NCBI GenBank assembly: GCA_037190965.1
Contig: JBBCKI010000056.1
Location: 1-43,328, forward strand
Reading direction: 5' to 3'
From: Chthoniobacteraceae bacterium
Lineage (GTDB): Bacteria; Verrucomicrobiota; Verrucomicrobiia; Chthoniobacterales; Chthoniobacteraceae
DNA length: 43,328 nt
Below are positions 43,250 through 43,328 of the stretch, piece after piece. Within the stretch, counting starts at the first letter, position 1. The number at the start of each line of letters is the position of its first letter. The position numbers and the translations under genes were made by a program. Below the pieces are notes generated by a model, which was given only the letters and a program-made list of their open reading frames with translations, ran no database searches and was not told where the DNA came from.

Positions 43250-43328
43250 GGCGTCGCGGAGCTCCGCCCTCCCTCTACCGCGCGGCAAGCGCGCGCAGGG
43301 CGATTTGGCAACGGAGGGCGGAGCTCCG
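43250..43328. repeat. Second REP-like family (GGAG foot), inverted pair, truncated by window end
   Basis: ggcgtcgcggagctccgccctcc (43250-43272) and inverted ggagggcggagctccg (43313-43328). Confidence 0.7.

Overview
GC-rich bacterial chromosomal segment, probably Verrucomicrobiota/Chthoniobacterales-like (my inference from gene content and style, not a database result). Both ends fall inside repeats, so it may be a whole assembly contig. Most of it is housekeeping: a pilT pair, pilD, mnmE, rfbA, carB, rnhA, an LptF/G permease, a cyclophilin, aguBA, tex, prmC-murA, corA, ahpC and mpl. Two things stand out. (1) An intact phage-type terminase large subunit (1417-3222) with no other phage gene in the window, flanked by a tandem pair of paralogous unknown membrane proteins and a degenerate GIY-YIG-like protein, directly beside a pilus-retraction ATPase operon. 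(2) Nine dispersed intergenic copies of a structured GTAG-REP doublet (REPIN-like, core about 145 bp) showing covariation and a detachable cap hairpin, plus a second GGAG-type REP family at the right end. I found no rRNA, tRNA, CRISPR array, integrase or transposase. Many start codons were moved downstream of the ORF-track starts by judgement.
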